From a virus (lineage: Duplodnaviria > Caudoviricetes), in the IMG/VR virus record IMGVR_UViG_3300022309_000002, positions 1-43,909 of that record: a DNA stretch of 43,909 bases. One strand, written 5' to 3'. Of the stretch, positions 1 to 8,391 are shown piece by piece. The notes under the pieces are model-generated. The model ran no database searches, had not been told where the DNA came from, and worked only from the letters and a program-made list of their open reading frames with translations. Within the stretch, counting starts at the first letter, position 1; each line of letters starts with the position of its first letter. The translations under genes were made by a program, and so were the position numbers.

Positions 1-127
1 GAAAGTATTTCACGGGACTATTCGCAGAGCAACTATTCCAGCTCGCGCCTTGCCCTACTGGACGATCGCGACGTGTGGCGTGTGTTGCAAAAGTGGTTTA
101 TCGAGTCATGCCGAGAGGAGATTCATC
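1..127. repeat. Terminal direct repeat (assembly overlap), identical to 43783-43909
   Basis: Exact 127-nt identity between the two ends; the portal reading frame is continuous across the junction. Confidence 0.97.
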
Positions 128-564
128 GTGTGTGGCTCCAGCAAGCTGTTTTGGCTGGGGCCATCAGTGCGATCAGTATCGGCGAGTACGCCATCAACCC
201 GGAGAAGTTTGAAGCCGCCTGTTTCAGGCCGCGCGGCTGGAGCTGGGTCGATCCCACGAAGGAAGTCGCTGCCTATAAAGAAGCCGTGCGCTGCGGATTC
301 ACCACCGTGTCTGATGTCATCGCGCAGACGGGCAACGGGCGCGATTTCTACGAAGTGATCGAGGAGCGGGAGCAAGAACTGGCGATGATGGAAGAAAAGC
401 ACCTTGTGTTCGATACAGATCCATCCGTGCAGGCCAACGGAGCACCGACAGCGGAGAAGCAGAGTGAGACACAGGACGACGAAGAGATTGCCAGCTCTCA
501 GGCGGCTCAGGCCGTGAAGACGGCGGAAAAACTTTTGCAAGTGGTCGGGAGGACTCATGGCTGA
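1..564 (+). CDS. Portal protein, lambda family, C-terminal part (continues from 42736)
   Basis: Frame 1 reads ESISRDYSQSNYSSSRLALL...PRGWSWVDPTKEV, motifs typical of lambda gpB-type portals. Confidence 0.93.
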   Translation, partial: ESISRDYSQSNYSSSRLALLDDRDVWRVLQKWFIESCREEIHRVWLQQAVLAGAISAISIGEYAINPEKFEAACFRPRGWSWVDPTKEVAAYKEAVRCGFTTVSDVIAQTGNGRDFYEVIEEREQELAMMEEKHLVFDTDPSVQANGAPTAEKQSETQDDEEIASSQAAQAVKTAEKLLQVVGRTHG

Positions 565-2476
565 CGTGACAGAAGAAACAGTGAAACAGAAAGGGCTCCT
601 ACGCCGAGGTGTCGCAGCGGAGCAGATCCTCGTGACACGCACAGAGGAGCGTGAGCTGCTCACATTTCCGGCATCCAGCGAGGAGCCGGTGGAGCGGTGG
701 TGGGGCGTTGAAGTGCTGTCGCATGAGAGCGGGGCCGTCCGGCTGGATCGAGCCAAGCGCGGGGCCATGCCGCTCCTCTTCAATCACAACATTGACGACC
801 CGATCGGCATGATCACTGCAGCAAGAATGGAACGCAATCGGCTCATGGTGGACGCGCAGCTCTTCGAGACGGAGCGGGCGAAAGAGATCCGGAGCATGAT
901 CACCGGCGGTCTACGCAACGTCTCGCTCGCCTACCGTATCAATAAAGTCGAGGAAGAAAAGAAAAGTGAGACGTTCACGGTGACCGACTGGGAGCCGTAT
1001 GAAGTCTCCATCGTCACCGTGCCGGCTGATCCCACCGTTGGGATCGGGCGTGGCGCGGACAATGAGGAATATGATCTGCGGATAGTCCGTAGGTCTCACC
1101 AGGCGCTCAGCGCCGTAACTATGGAGGCTTCTATGCCAGAGGATGTGAACAAGGGGGCCGCATCGGTTGCGGTCAAGGATGAGACCATCGAGAAACTTGA
1201 GGATGTAAAAGCCAAGCGCGGCCTGGATGTCGAGGCGGAGCGCAGACGGGCGATCGAGAACCTGTCCAAGGCTAATCGCATTGCCGACTCCGTGCGCGAT
1301 GCGTGGATCGAGCAAGGCTATTCGCTCGAAGCCGTCAGCAAAGATTTGCTGACCATCCTCGAAGAGCGCGGCAAGACGAATCCGCAACCGGCGTCGAAGA
1401 TCGGACTCAGCCGGTCAGAGGCCGAGCGGTTTTCTTTGGCTCGTGCGATTCGTGCCTGTGCGGGGAAGTCATGGCAGAAAGACGCGCCGTATGAATTGGA
1501 AGTAACCAGAACGGTCGCGCAGAAGCTCGGCAAGGTCGCCGATGACAACCGATTCTGCGTCCCGTTTGAAGTGCTGGAGCGTCAGCACAACGTGCTGGAA
1601 ATCGATGCCATGCGGCAGGCGCTTGGCCTGGGCCGACGCGACTTGACGGTCGCCACTGCGGGGGCAGGTGGCTATCTCGTCGAAACCGCCAATGTCGGAT
1701 TTATCGACATGCTGCGGAATCGCTCGGTCGCGTTTCAGATGGGCGCACGCCGCCTCTCTGGCCTACAGGGCAATGTGACAGTCCCTCGTCAGTCGGCAGC
1801 GGCGACCGCCGTGTGGTTGGCGAACGAAGCATCGACGGCCACGGAGAGTCAACAGACTTTTGTGCAGCTCTCGCTCAGTCCGAAGAGTGTTGGCGCCTAT
1901 ACGGAAATCAGCCGTCAGTTGCTCTTGCAGTCCAGCCCTGGCGCTGAGGGGATTGTGTCAAGTGACTTGTCGCGGGTCGTCGCCTTGGCGGCAGACCTGG
2001 CCGTGATCAATGGTTCTGGTGCCTCTGGTCAACCGACCGGCATCATCAATACCGCCGGTATCGGCAGCGTTACCGGCACCAGTCTCGCCTATGCAGGGAT
2101 TTTGGAATTCCAGACCGACGTGGCTGGATCAAATGTCATGCCGGCATCCGGTGGGTATGCGACCACGCCAGCCGTGGCGGCGCTCATGATGCAGCGGGTC
2201 AAGTTCACCAGCACGGCCTCGCCGATATGGGAAGGCAATGTGTGGGATGGGTCTATGTCAGGGTTCAAGGCGATGTCCTCGAATCAAATGCCATCCGCCA
2301 ACATGTTGTTTGGCGACTGGGCCGAGGTGGTCGTTGGCGAGTGGGGCGTGCTTGAGATCGAGGTTAACCCCTACGCCAATTTCCAAGCGGGGATCGTCGG
2401 CGTCCGGGCGATCTATAGCCTAGATGTCGCAGTGCAACGGCCATTCGCCTTCTCTTTGGCGACATCGATCACCTAA
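557..2476 (+). CDS. Prohead protease (HK97/S78-type) fused to major capsid protein
   Basis: N-terminal PLLFNH, NVSLAY and WEPYEVSIVTVPAD protease motifs; C-terminal HK97-fold capsid motifs (GGYLV, GQPTGI, LFGDW). Confidence 0.93.
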   Translation: MADVTEETVKQKGLLRRGVAAEQILVTRTEERELLTFPASSEEPVERWWGVEVLSHESGAVRLDRAKRGAMPLLFNHNIDDPIGMITAARMERNRLMVDAQLFETERAKEIRSMITGGLRNVSLAYRINKVEEEKKSETFTVTDWEPYEVSIVTVPADPTVGIGRGADNEEYDLRIVRRSHQALSAVTMEASMPEDVNKGAASVAVKDETIEKLEDVKAKRGLDVEAERRRAIENLSKANRIADSVRDAWIEQGYSLEAVSKDLLTILEERGKTNPQPASKIGLSRSEAERFSLARAIRACAGKSWQKDAPYELEVTRTVAQKLGKVADDNRFCVPFEVLERQHNVLEIDAMRQALGLGRRDLTVATAGAGGYLVETANVGFIDMLRNRSVAFQMGARRLSGLQGNVTVPRQSAAATAVWLANEASTATESQQTFVQLSLSPKSVGAYTEISRQLLLQSSPGAEGIVSSDLSRVVALAADLAVINGSGASGQPTGIINTAGIGSVTGTSLAYAGILEFQTDVAGSNVMPASGGYATTPAVAALMMQRVKFTSTASPIWEGNVWDGSMSGFKAMSSNQMPSANMLFGDWAEVVVGEWGVLEIEVNPYANFQAGIVGVRAIYSLDVAVQRPFAFSLATSIT

Positions 2477-2503
2477 GCGATGCCGTTGACGGTGGAGAAT
2501 AGC

Positions 2504-2527
2504 GGGGCGGCTTTGATTAGCCGCCCC
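2504..2527 (+). promoter_or_regulatory. GC-rich hairpin after the capsid gene (partial terminator or mRNA stabiliser)
   Basis: ggggcggct-ttgatt-agccgcccc, a perfect 9-bp stem without a U-tract. Confidence 0.5.
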
Positions 2528-2545
2528 AACAACCTAGGGGGTGTC

Positions 2546-2755
2546 ATGAAGACCATGCGAGTGAAGATCCTACGCAAATTCTTTTATGAGCGGACAGTAC
2601 AAGAGATTGGGGCCACGCCAGAACTCCCGGCGGTCTTTGCGTTGGAAATGATTGCGGCTAACAAAGCGGAGCGGGTCATCGTGGCCGAGCCGTCTGCCGC
2701 GCCCGCTCTCAAAGAAGAGGGCAAAGGAAAGGACGGGAAATATGCTGGGAAATGA
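2546..2755 (+). CDS. Small head-associated hypothetical protein
   Basis: ATG 2546 after ggggg; position directly after the capsid gene; resembles 9486-9644. An upstream start at 2480 is possible. Confidence 0.6.
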   Translation: MKTMRVKILRKFFYERTVQEIGATPELPAVFALEMIAANKAERVIVAEPSAAPALKEEGKGKDGKYAGK

Positions 2756-3116
2756 AGGACAAGCCGCCACGATCAAGAAGTTGCTTGATCCTGCGTCTGC
2801 GGCGAATACGGCAGCTGCAACGTCGAGCTGGATCGACGTGCGTGAGGCCGATGGGGATGTGGTCTTGACGAATCAAGTGGGGGCCTTGACCGGCTCGATC
2901 ACCTGGACCGTTGAGCATGCGAGTGATTCCGGTGGGACCGGCGCGGCTGCGATCACGCCGAATGAAGGGGCCTACTCGGCAGGCGCGGCGAACCAAGTAC
3001 AGAAGCGGACGGTCAATGCCAGCGCCGTGCAAGGGTTTGTTCGGTGTGTGGGCACGATCGTCACAGGCCCCGCCTTGGTGGCGGTGAGCCTGATGTATCG
3101 ACCGAAGAATATCTAG
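2742..3116 (+). CDS. Putative capsid decoration/cement protein
   Basis: 124 aa, beta-rich, Ala/Thr/Gly-rich; position after the capsid gene; ATG 2742. Confidence 0.6.
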   Translation: MLGNEGQAATIKKLLDPASAANTAAATSSWIDVREADGDVVLTNQVGALTGSITWTVEHASDSGGTGAAAITPNEGAYSAGAANQVQKRTVNASAVQGFVRCVGTIVTGPALVAVSLMYRPKNI

Positions 3117-3125
3117 CGGGGTGCC

Positions 3126-3467
3126 ATGTCTGATGCCGTCAACATGGTGGCCGCTCTCGGCGGCGAGCTGGTGACGTACATTTCGTATGGCGGGACGGTT
3201 ACGCAGGTCAAGGCGATTGTGGAGCGGCGACCGTCGCAGATCGCGGGCAGTCCGGCAGGGAGCTATCCGGTGAATACCCTCGAAGTGACGATCCCGATGG
3301 ATGCGACCGACGGAGTGCTCACTGTGCAGCCACGGAAAGACACCATGCGCTTCAAGAAGAACCTAGGCGACAGCCTAGAGACCGAGTTTTCGGTGCAGAA
3401 GATCATGGACGAAGACACGGGCCTCGCCGGAGGCGGCGGGATGTTTCGCCTCTTGGTGCAAGCATGA
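3126..3467 (+). CDS. Putative head-closure/head-tail joining protein (gpFII-like)
   Basis: Size, synteny and C-terminal beta pattern (DEDTG...MFRLLV). Confidence 0.6.
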   Translation: MSDAVNMVAALGGELVTYISYGGTVTQVKAIVERRPSQIAGSPAGSYPVNTLEVTIPMDATDGVLTVQPRKDTMRFKKNLGDSLETEFSVQKIMDEDTGLAGGGGMFRLLVQA

Positions 3468-4111
3468 CGGATGTTGTCCGAGTCGAAACCATTAATTTTC
3501 ACGAAGTCGCCGAAGCCTTGCGGGCCGCGCCCGAGCTGGCGCAGCGCTACCTCAAGTCGGAGATGCACCGGGCGACGGCTCGCGTGCGGAAACGGTTCAT
3601 GCGGGAGCGGATGAGCGGACCACCTGGCATCAAGGGCGGCGAATGGAAGCGGCAGCACAAACGGCATATTAAATACTGGACGATCGGCAGCGACCTCGGC
3701 TCACTGCAATCCGGCATCCGGATCAGCCGGTTTCTCGGTCTGCACGAATACGGCGGGACCATTACGGCGCACAACAAGGGCCGCGATATGTTGCGGATTC
3801 CCATCGGCCCACGGTGGAAACTGCCGACGCGCGGCGGCTTCGAGGGCAACCGGATCAAGGGGCTCATCTTTATTCGACGGCCCGGCAAGGCTCCATTGCT
3901 GGCTGAGAAGGTCGGCGATGAGCTGATCCCGCGATTCGTCCTGAAGGGTCGCGTCGTCATTAAGGCGCGGCTGGGCTTTCGTGAGACGGTCGAGCGGGAA
4001 TGGCCAAAGGAGTTTCCAAAATTGCAAGAGGCCCTGCATCGCGCCGTGCGTGTCTCGCTCGATCAGCGGATGAAAGCGGCCTCGGCCTTCGTGCAGCGGT
4101 TGGTGGCGTAA
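3464..4111 (+). CDS. Putative neck/tail-completion protein (gpZ / HK97 gp10-like)
   Basis: Basic protein with HEYGGTI and IKARLGFR motifs; synteny. Confidence 0.65.
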   Translation: MTDVVRVETINFHEVAEALRAAPELAQRYLKSEMHRATARVRKRFMRERMSGPPGIKGGEWKRQHKRHIKYWTIGSDLGSLQSGIRISRFLGLHEYGGTITAHNKGRDMLRIPIGPRWKLPTRGGFEGNRIKGLIFIRRPGKAPLLAEKVGDELIPRFVLKGRVVIKARLGFRETVEREWPKEFPKLQEALHRAVRVSLDQRMKAASAFVQRLVA

Positions 4112-4594
4112 ATGGCGGACTCGGTTCGGGAACAGATCATGAAGAACGTGCAGGCCACACTGGAAGCCATCACCGTGGAGAATGGGTATCAACACACTTT
4201 GCGATCGGTGCAACGGTTTCAACAGGGCGGGCAACAGTTGAGCGCCGTCCCTGTGGCGGTATTGATCGAGGGCGGAGATGATGTGGAGCTCGAAGGACCA
4301 CTATCCGGATCGTTTAGCTTGACCTCGCGTATGCTGACCGTCTCAGTCGTCATTATCCATCGGCAAGATCTTGACACCGATGCACGGTCAGCTTCCGAGC
4401 TGATGAATACCATTATTTCTGATGTGCAGACGGCCATGCAGGTGGACCATACGCGCGGCGGGTTGGCGCTCGATACGAACGAAGCGGGGATCGGTGAAAT
4501 GGATGTGGAAGACGGCCAGCCGGAGCTGGTGCAGACCATCGGGTATCGGATTCAGTACCGCCATCGGCGGACCGATCCGACCATCGCGGGCTAG
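4112..4594 (+). CDS. Tail terminator (gpU-like)
   Basis: SVREQI start, DHTRGGLA motif, acidic, YRH...DP end. Confidence 0.75.
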   Translation: MADSVREQIMKNVQATLEAITVENGYQHTLRSVQRFQQGGQQLSAVPVAVLIEGGDDVELEGPLSGSFSLTSRMLTVSVVIIHRQDLDTDARSASELMNTIISDVQTAMQVDHTRGGLALDTNEAGIGEMDVEDGQPELVQTIGYRIQYRHRRTDPTIAG

Positions 4595-4612
4595 CGTCAG
4601 CGGGGGGAGAGC

Positions 4613-5029
4613 ATGCGGGCAGTGGCGGAAAATCGTGTGATCCTGCAAGACGCATCCGGGGCCGTGCTGATCGTGGCAGAAAAGGCCACGCTTCGCGTGA
4701 CGGCCCTGCTCGTGGATGAAGCCGGCGTGGCGATTCCTTCCATCGGACTGTCAACACTCACGCTCACGCTCTACAACCGCGACAGTGTCACGAAAGAGAT
4801 CATCAATAGTGTCGATGCGGTGAACATCCTGAACACGGGCCGAGGCAGCGTGCACGCATCGAGCGGACTGCTGACGATCACGCTGGAGCCGAACGACACC
4901 GCCATCGTGGATACGGCCACCGATCTGGAGTGGCACCGTGCGCTGATCCAGGGCACCTACGGGGCAGGCGCGAAAACCTTCAGACAAGAGGTTGATTTCC
5001 AGGTCAGAAATCTGAACAAGGTCAGCTAA
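4613..5029 (+). CDS. Hypothetical Ig-like structural adaptor
   Basis: Beta-strand-rich 138 aa ending FQVRNL; SD upstream. Confidence 0.55.
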   Translation: MRAVAENRVILQDASGAVLIVAEKATLRVTALLVDEAGVAIPSIGLSTLTLTLYNRDSVTKEIINSVDAVNILNTGRGSVHASSGLLTITLEPNDTAIVDTATDLEWHRALIQGTYGAGAKTFRQEVDFQVRNLNKVS

Positions 5030-5044
5030 CGGAGGGGAGGGGCT

Positions 5045-5425
5045 ATGACGATCACAGGGATGAGCGGGCAGGAACAGGTGCTGTGTTTTCAGATCCAAGA
5101 TGAGGTGGTCGCCAATCGCACCATGGATGAAGCGGCGGCGAAGGAGTACAGCGCAATCTGTATTGAGCGGGCGCGTACCTATCAAGCCAAGATGGCGACC
5201 ATGCAGATCCCGCTGTACCTCACGGTCTGGGCAGCGGACATGCAGAGCAGGACCGGGAAGGCGTTTGTCAAGGCGCATCACAACTATCTCCCGTGGATCG
5301 CTGCGTTGCTCGTCTCACGCTACGGCGAAACTGGTGAGCACTGGCCGGAAACGGTCACGGAAAAGGATCTGCAACGTGCTAGAGATTGGAAGCTAAAGGG
5401 GTTGCCGAAGTCGTTCATTGCCTGA
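5045..5425 (+). CDS. Hypothetical protein
   Basis: Strong SD (ggaggggagggg); 126-aa ORF. Confidence 0.7.
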   Translation: MTITGMSGQEQVLCFQIQDEVVANRTMDEAAAKEYSAICIERARTYQAKMATMQIPLYLTVWAADMQSRTGKAFVKAHHNYLPWIAALLVSRYGETGEHWPETVTEKDLQRARDWKLKGLPKSFIA

Positions 5426-5458
5426 TGTGGGTCGTGCAGAAAGAAGGAGGATTGAGCT

Positions 5459-5863
5459 ATGTCGCAGATGAGTGATTATCTTGAGGGGCAGATTCGGGCG
5501 CATGTGTTTCGCACGGCCACGTTCACCAAGCCGACCGGGCTGACCGTCCATCTCTATACGGCGGCGCCTGGCGAGACCGGCGGCGGGACGGAAGTCACCG
5601 GCGGCTCGTATGCCTCGCAGTCCTTGAATCCGCTCGATGCTAATTGGACGGCTGCCAGTGGGACCGATGGGCTGACGGATAACGCCTCAGCGATCACGTT
5701 TCCAGCACCAACGGCGAACTGGGGTGTAGTCACGCACGTGGCGATCAAGGATCAATCGGCCAATTTTCTCTTGTACGGTGCACTCACGCAATCGAAGACT
5801 GTCAACAACGGAGACGCCGCGCCGAATTTCCCGATTGGTGCGCTTGATGTGACATTCGCTTAG
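5459..5863 (+). CDS. Virion fibre-associated structural subunit (paralog of 15824-16246)
   Basis: MSDYLE...LYTAAPGETGGGTEVTGGSYA...ITFPAPTANWGVVTH...GALDVT, a pattern common in phage structural modules. Confidence 0.75.
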   Translation: MSQMSDYLEGQIRAHVFRTATFTKPTGLTVHLYTAAPGETGGGTEVTGGSYASQSLNPLDANWTAASGTDGLTDNASAITFPAPTANWGVVTHVAIKDQSANFLLYGALTQSKTVNNGDAAPNFPIGALDVTFA

Positions 5864-5900
5864 AGCGGTGCCACAGTGTCGTAAATTCTGGAGGTAGCCT

Positions 5901-6311
5901 ATGGCGTACACCACGGCAACACTGGTACGGAAAGACGATCCGCTCGATGATGGGCGCGTGTGGATTACGGTCGCCTTTACCGGCAACGCAGGCGAGCCCA
6001 CCGTCCGGCAGCGGTATCTCGTCGGCCCGAACGATACGGGGCAAAGCATCCGGCAGTGGGCGATTGCGATTGCCGAGAATCTCGGCAGCACCAAAAACAT
6101 TGCCGACAATTTAACGGTGGGGCAGTCGGTCAATCTGACGCCAATTCCGCCACCCGCCAACCCTGTGCCAACGGCGAGGGAGGTGTGGCAAGGGAAGGTG
6201 GGACGGTATCGAGTCTTCGCCGCGCTCGGTCCCTGGTCGGGTGCCATGGCGACCGCGCTCACCGCGCTCAAGACGGACATCGAGGGCACGTATCAGGATG
6301 GCTTTATCTAA
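5901..6311 (+). CDS. Hypothetical protein
   Basis: SD ggaggt; 136-aa ORF. Confidence 0.7.
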   Translation: MAYTTATLVRKDDPLDDGRVWITVAFTGNAGEPTVRQRYLVGPNDTGQSIRQWAIAIAENLGSTKNIADNLTVGQSVNLTPIPPPANPVPTAREVWQGKVGRYRVFAALGPWSGAMATALTALKTDIEGTYQDGFI

Positions 6312-6320
6312 CGCATCGGC

Positions 6321-6533
6321 ATGTGGTGTCCCTGGTGCCAAACAGATGATGGAACTGAGAACCGAATTTGTGCTGCATGTATCCTTAAACTAGGATGGGA
6401 GAACTACGATGAAGTCCAAGCGCGTCGGAAGATTCGGAAACGTGCGGAGTCTTTTCGGTGTGATTATTGCGGCGCTCGTCGGGTGCCTCGCGGGAACCGC
6501 ACACGCCCAGACCGTGATTGCGGTCCCATTTAA
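6321..6533 (+). CDS. Possible small Zn-binding protein overlapping the next gene
   Basis: Three CxxC motifs (CPWC, CAAC, CDYC); weak SD. Confidence 0.4.
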   Translation: MWCPWCQTDDGTENRICAACILKLGWENYDEVQARRKIRKRAESFRCDYCGARRVPRGNRTRPDRDCGPI

Positions 6534-6804
6534 TACCGCGAGGTTCTCATGGACGGCGCCAGGGACGGACGCGACGCATAGCGCCGCCACCAGTCACCTG
6601 ATTACCTGTGGCGCCTCCACTCTCAGTGTCCCGATGCCGACGACCACGGCGCTGGTGAGTGCGGTTGTGCCGTCACCGGGGATCTACACCTGTACCGTCG
6701 CGGCGGTCAATACGTTTGGGCCGTCGTCCGCGATCAGCTTCCCGCAGTTTGAGGCGGGCTTCCCGCCATTGTCGCCAACCAATGCCATCATTGTTGTCCC
6801 ATAA
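6409..6804 (+). CDS. Signal-peptide protein with FN3-like domain
   Basis: Hydrophobic core then AHA|Q; FSWTAP...YTCTVAAVNTFG. Confidence 0.7.
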   Translation: MKSKRVGRFGNVRSLFGVIIAALVGCLAGTAHAQTVIAVPFNTARFSWTAPGTDATHSAATSHLITCGASTLSVPMPTTTALVSAVVPSPGIYTCTVAAVNTFGPSSAISFPQFEAGFPPLSPTNAIIVVP

Positions 6805-6808
6805 TGCG

Positions 6809-7897
6809 ATGCGTACACTCTCGTGCTCTCTCATTGCACTCCTGGCCCTGTGGGGCGGCTCAGCGTCCGGGCAGACGCTCGCCGTCTCGCACTTGGGCGC
6901 GGAGTTTGCCTGGACGATCCCCGCACACACGGCTGAGAACGCGCCCACGAGCCATGTCGTTACCTGTGGCGCTGCCGTGGTTACGGTCCCGATGCCGGCC
7001 AACAGCGTCCCTGTGCGGAATGTGGTCGCGGGGCCTGGGAGCTACACCTGCACCCTCTATGCCCAAAACGCAGCGGGGCGGCAGACTGCCCCGGATGTCC
7101 CGTTTCCGGTCTTTCAGTCCGGCTACACCCCAGGGCTGCCGATACAGTTGCAAGTCCTTGCGGACCCAGGCGGTCCTCCTGACCCACCGGAGCCGCCGAT
7201 AATGGCACAACCAACACTCAGCGATTATCAGGAATCCGACTACAGCGACACGGCGACTAACGAAGTCTCCGCGTCGATCACGTGGAGCGCGGGTGATGTG
7301 ATCGTGGTGCTGGGGATGACGGAAAACAATACCCGTGATATGGGCCTCCCCACTGCGACCGGGTTGACCTTTGCAGCCGTCGCAGGCACTCCGACCAATA
7401 CAGCCAACTCGTGCAAAGGGTACGCCTGGACCGCTACCGCCGGATCGAGTGGATCGGGGGCAGTCACGAGCGTAAAGAGTCACCCCGTCTCTGCTGGCGG
7501 GCTCTCCGTATTTGTGTTTAGTGGATCGGATGGCCTTGGCGGCACGTCCATCTCGGCTGCGTTAGGCTCGACGACCACGCAATCCTTGACGCGCACCGGG
7601 ACAAATTCTCATGTGGTGCAGATTTGGGGCGACTGGAACGCCGTCAATGATACGACCGTGACATGGACTCCCTCAGGCCAAACACAACGAGAGGCCACCT
7701 TCGTCAGCGGGGCTGCCACGTTTTTCGCCGCCAGTTGGGGCGATCAAGGGGCCTCGGGAGCGACGAGTTACGGGTTTTCTGGGTTTGCGGGTGGGGATAT
7801 GACGGCGATCACGCTGGAGGTTCTCGGGACAACAGGGGGCGGCTCTACCAGCCTGCCGCCGCAACCGAGTCCGATGGCGCATTTACTCGTGCGATAG
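6809..7897 (+). CDS. Signal-peptide protein: FN3-like domain, Pro linker, Ser/Thr/Gly-rich beta domain
   Basis: MRTLSCSLIALLALWGGSASG|Q; first domain is paralogous to 6409-6804. Confidence 0.7.
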   Translation: MRTLSCSLIALLALWGGSASGQTLAVSHLGAEFAWTIPAHTAENAPTSHVVTCGAAVVTVPMPANSVPVRNVVAGPGSYTCTLYAQNAAGRQTAPDVPFPVFQSGYTPGLPIQLQVLADPGGPPDPPEPPIMAQPTLSDYQESDYSDTATNEVSASITWSAGDVIVVLGMTENNTRDMGLPTATGLTFAAVAGTPTNTANSCKGYAWTATAGSSGSGAVTSVKSHPVSAGGLSVFVFSGSDGLGGTSISAALGSTTTQSLTRTGTNSHVVQIWGDWNAVNDTTVTWTPSGQTQREATFVSGAATFFAASWGDQGASGATSYGFSGFAGGDMTAITLEVLGTTGGGSTSLPPQPSPMAHLLVR

Positions 7898-7911
7898 ATA
7901 AAGGAGCCTGT

Positions 7912-8388
7912 ATGGGACGCATGTACCAAGTGCCAATCGCCTTCACGGCGCAAACCGCGCAAGTGGACATCTTTGAGCTGACCGCTGCGGCGGAAAAGAT
8001 GTGTGTGATTCATTCGATCTATCTCGCCAACAGTACCGAGGTGGGAGACGCCCAGGAAGAACAGCTGACCTTGAAGCTCAAGCGGGCCAGTGGAACGGTG
8101 ACGAGCGGAAGCGGGGGATCTGCCCCGACGCCGGTCCCTGTCGATCCTCGCGATACCGCCAGCGGACTCGCGGCAGAAATCCACAATACCACCAAACTCG
8201 TTGTTGGGACCGGGGCAATTACCGATGAGCGGTTGTTCGGCTGGAATGTCCGCGTGGAGTTTGACAAAGTCTTCACGCCTGAAACGCGCCCAAAGATTAT
8301 CGGCGGAGAGAAAAAGGTTCTCGAACTGACCACGACGCCAGCCGATAGCATTACAATCGGCGGGCATATCATGGTTGAGGAGTTATAG
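7912..8388 (+). CDS. Hypothetical structural protein
   Basis: SD aaggag before ATG 7912; beta-rich. Confidence 0.7.
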   Translation: MGRMYQVPIAFTAQTAQVDIFELTAAAEKMCVIHSIYLANSTEVGDAQEEQLTLKLKRASGTVTSGSGGSAPTPVPVDPRDTASGLAAEIHNTTKLVVGTGAITDERLFGWNVRVEFDKVFTPETRPKIIGGEKKVLELTTTPADSITIGGHIMVEEL

Positions 8389-8391
8389 CGC

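Noticed and set aside
1-127. Terminal repeat as a biological DTR
   Set aside because: 127 nt is a common assembler k-mer overlap, it falls mid-portal, and a cos candidate exists elsewhere.
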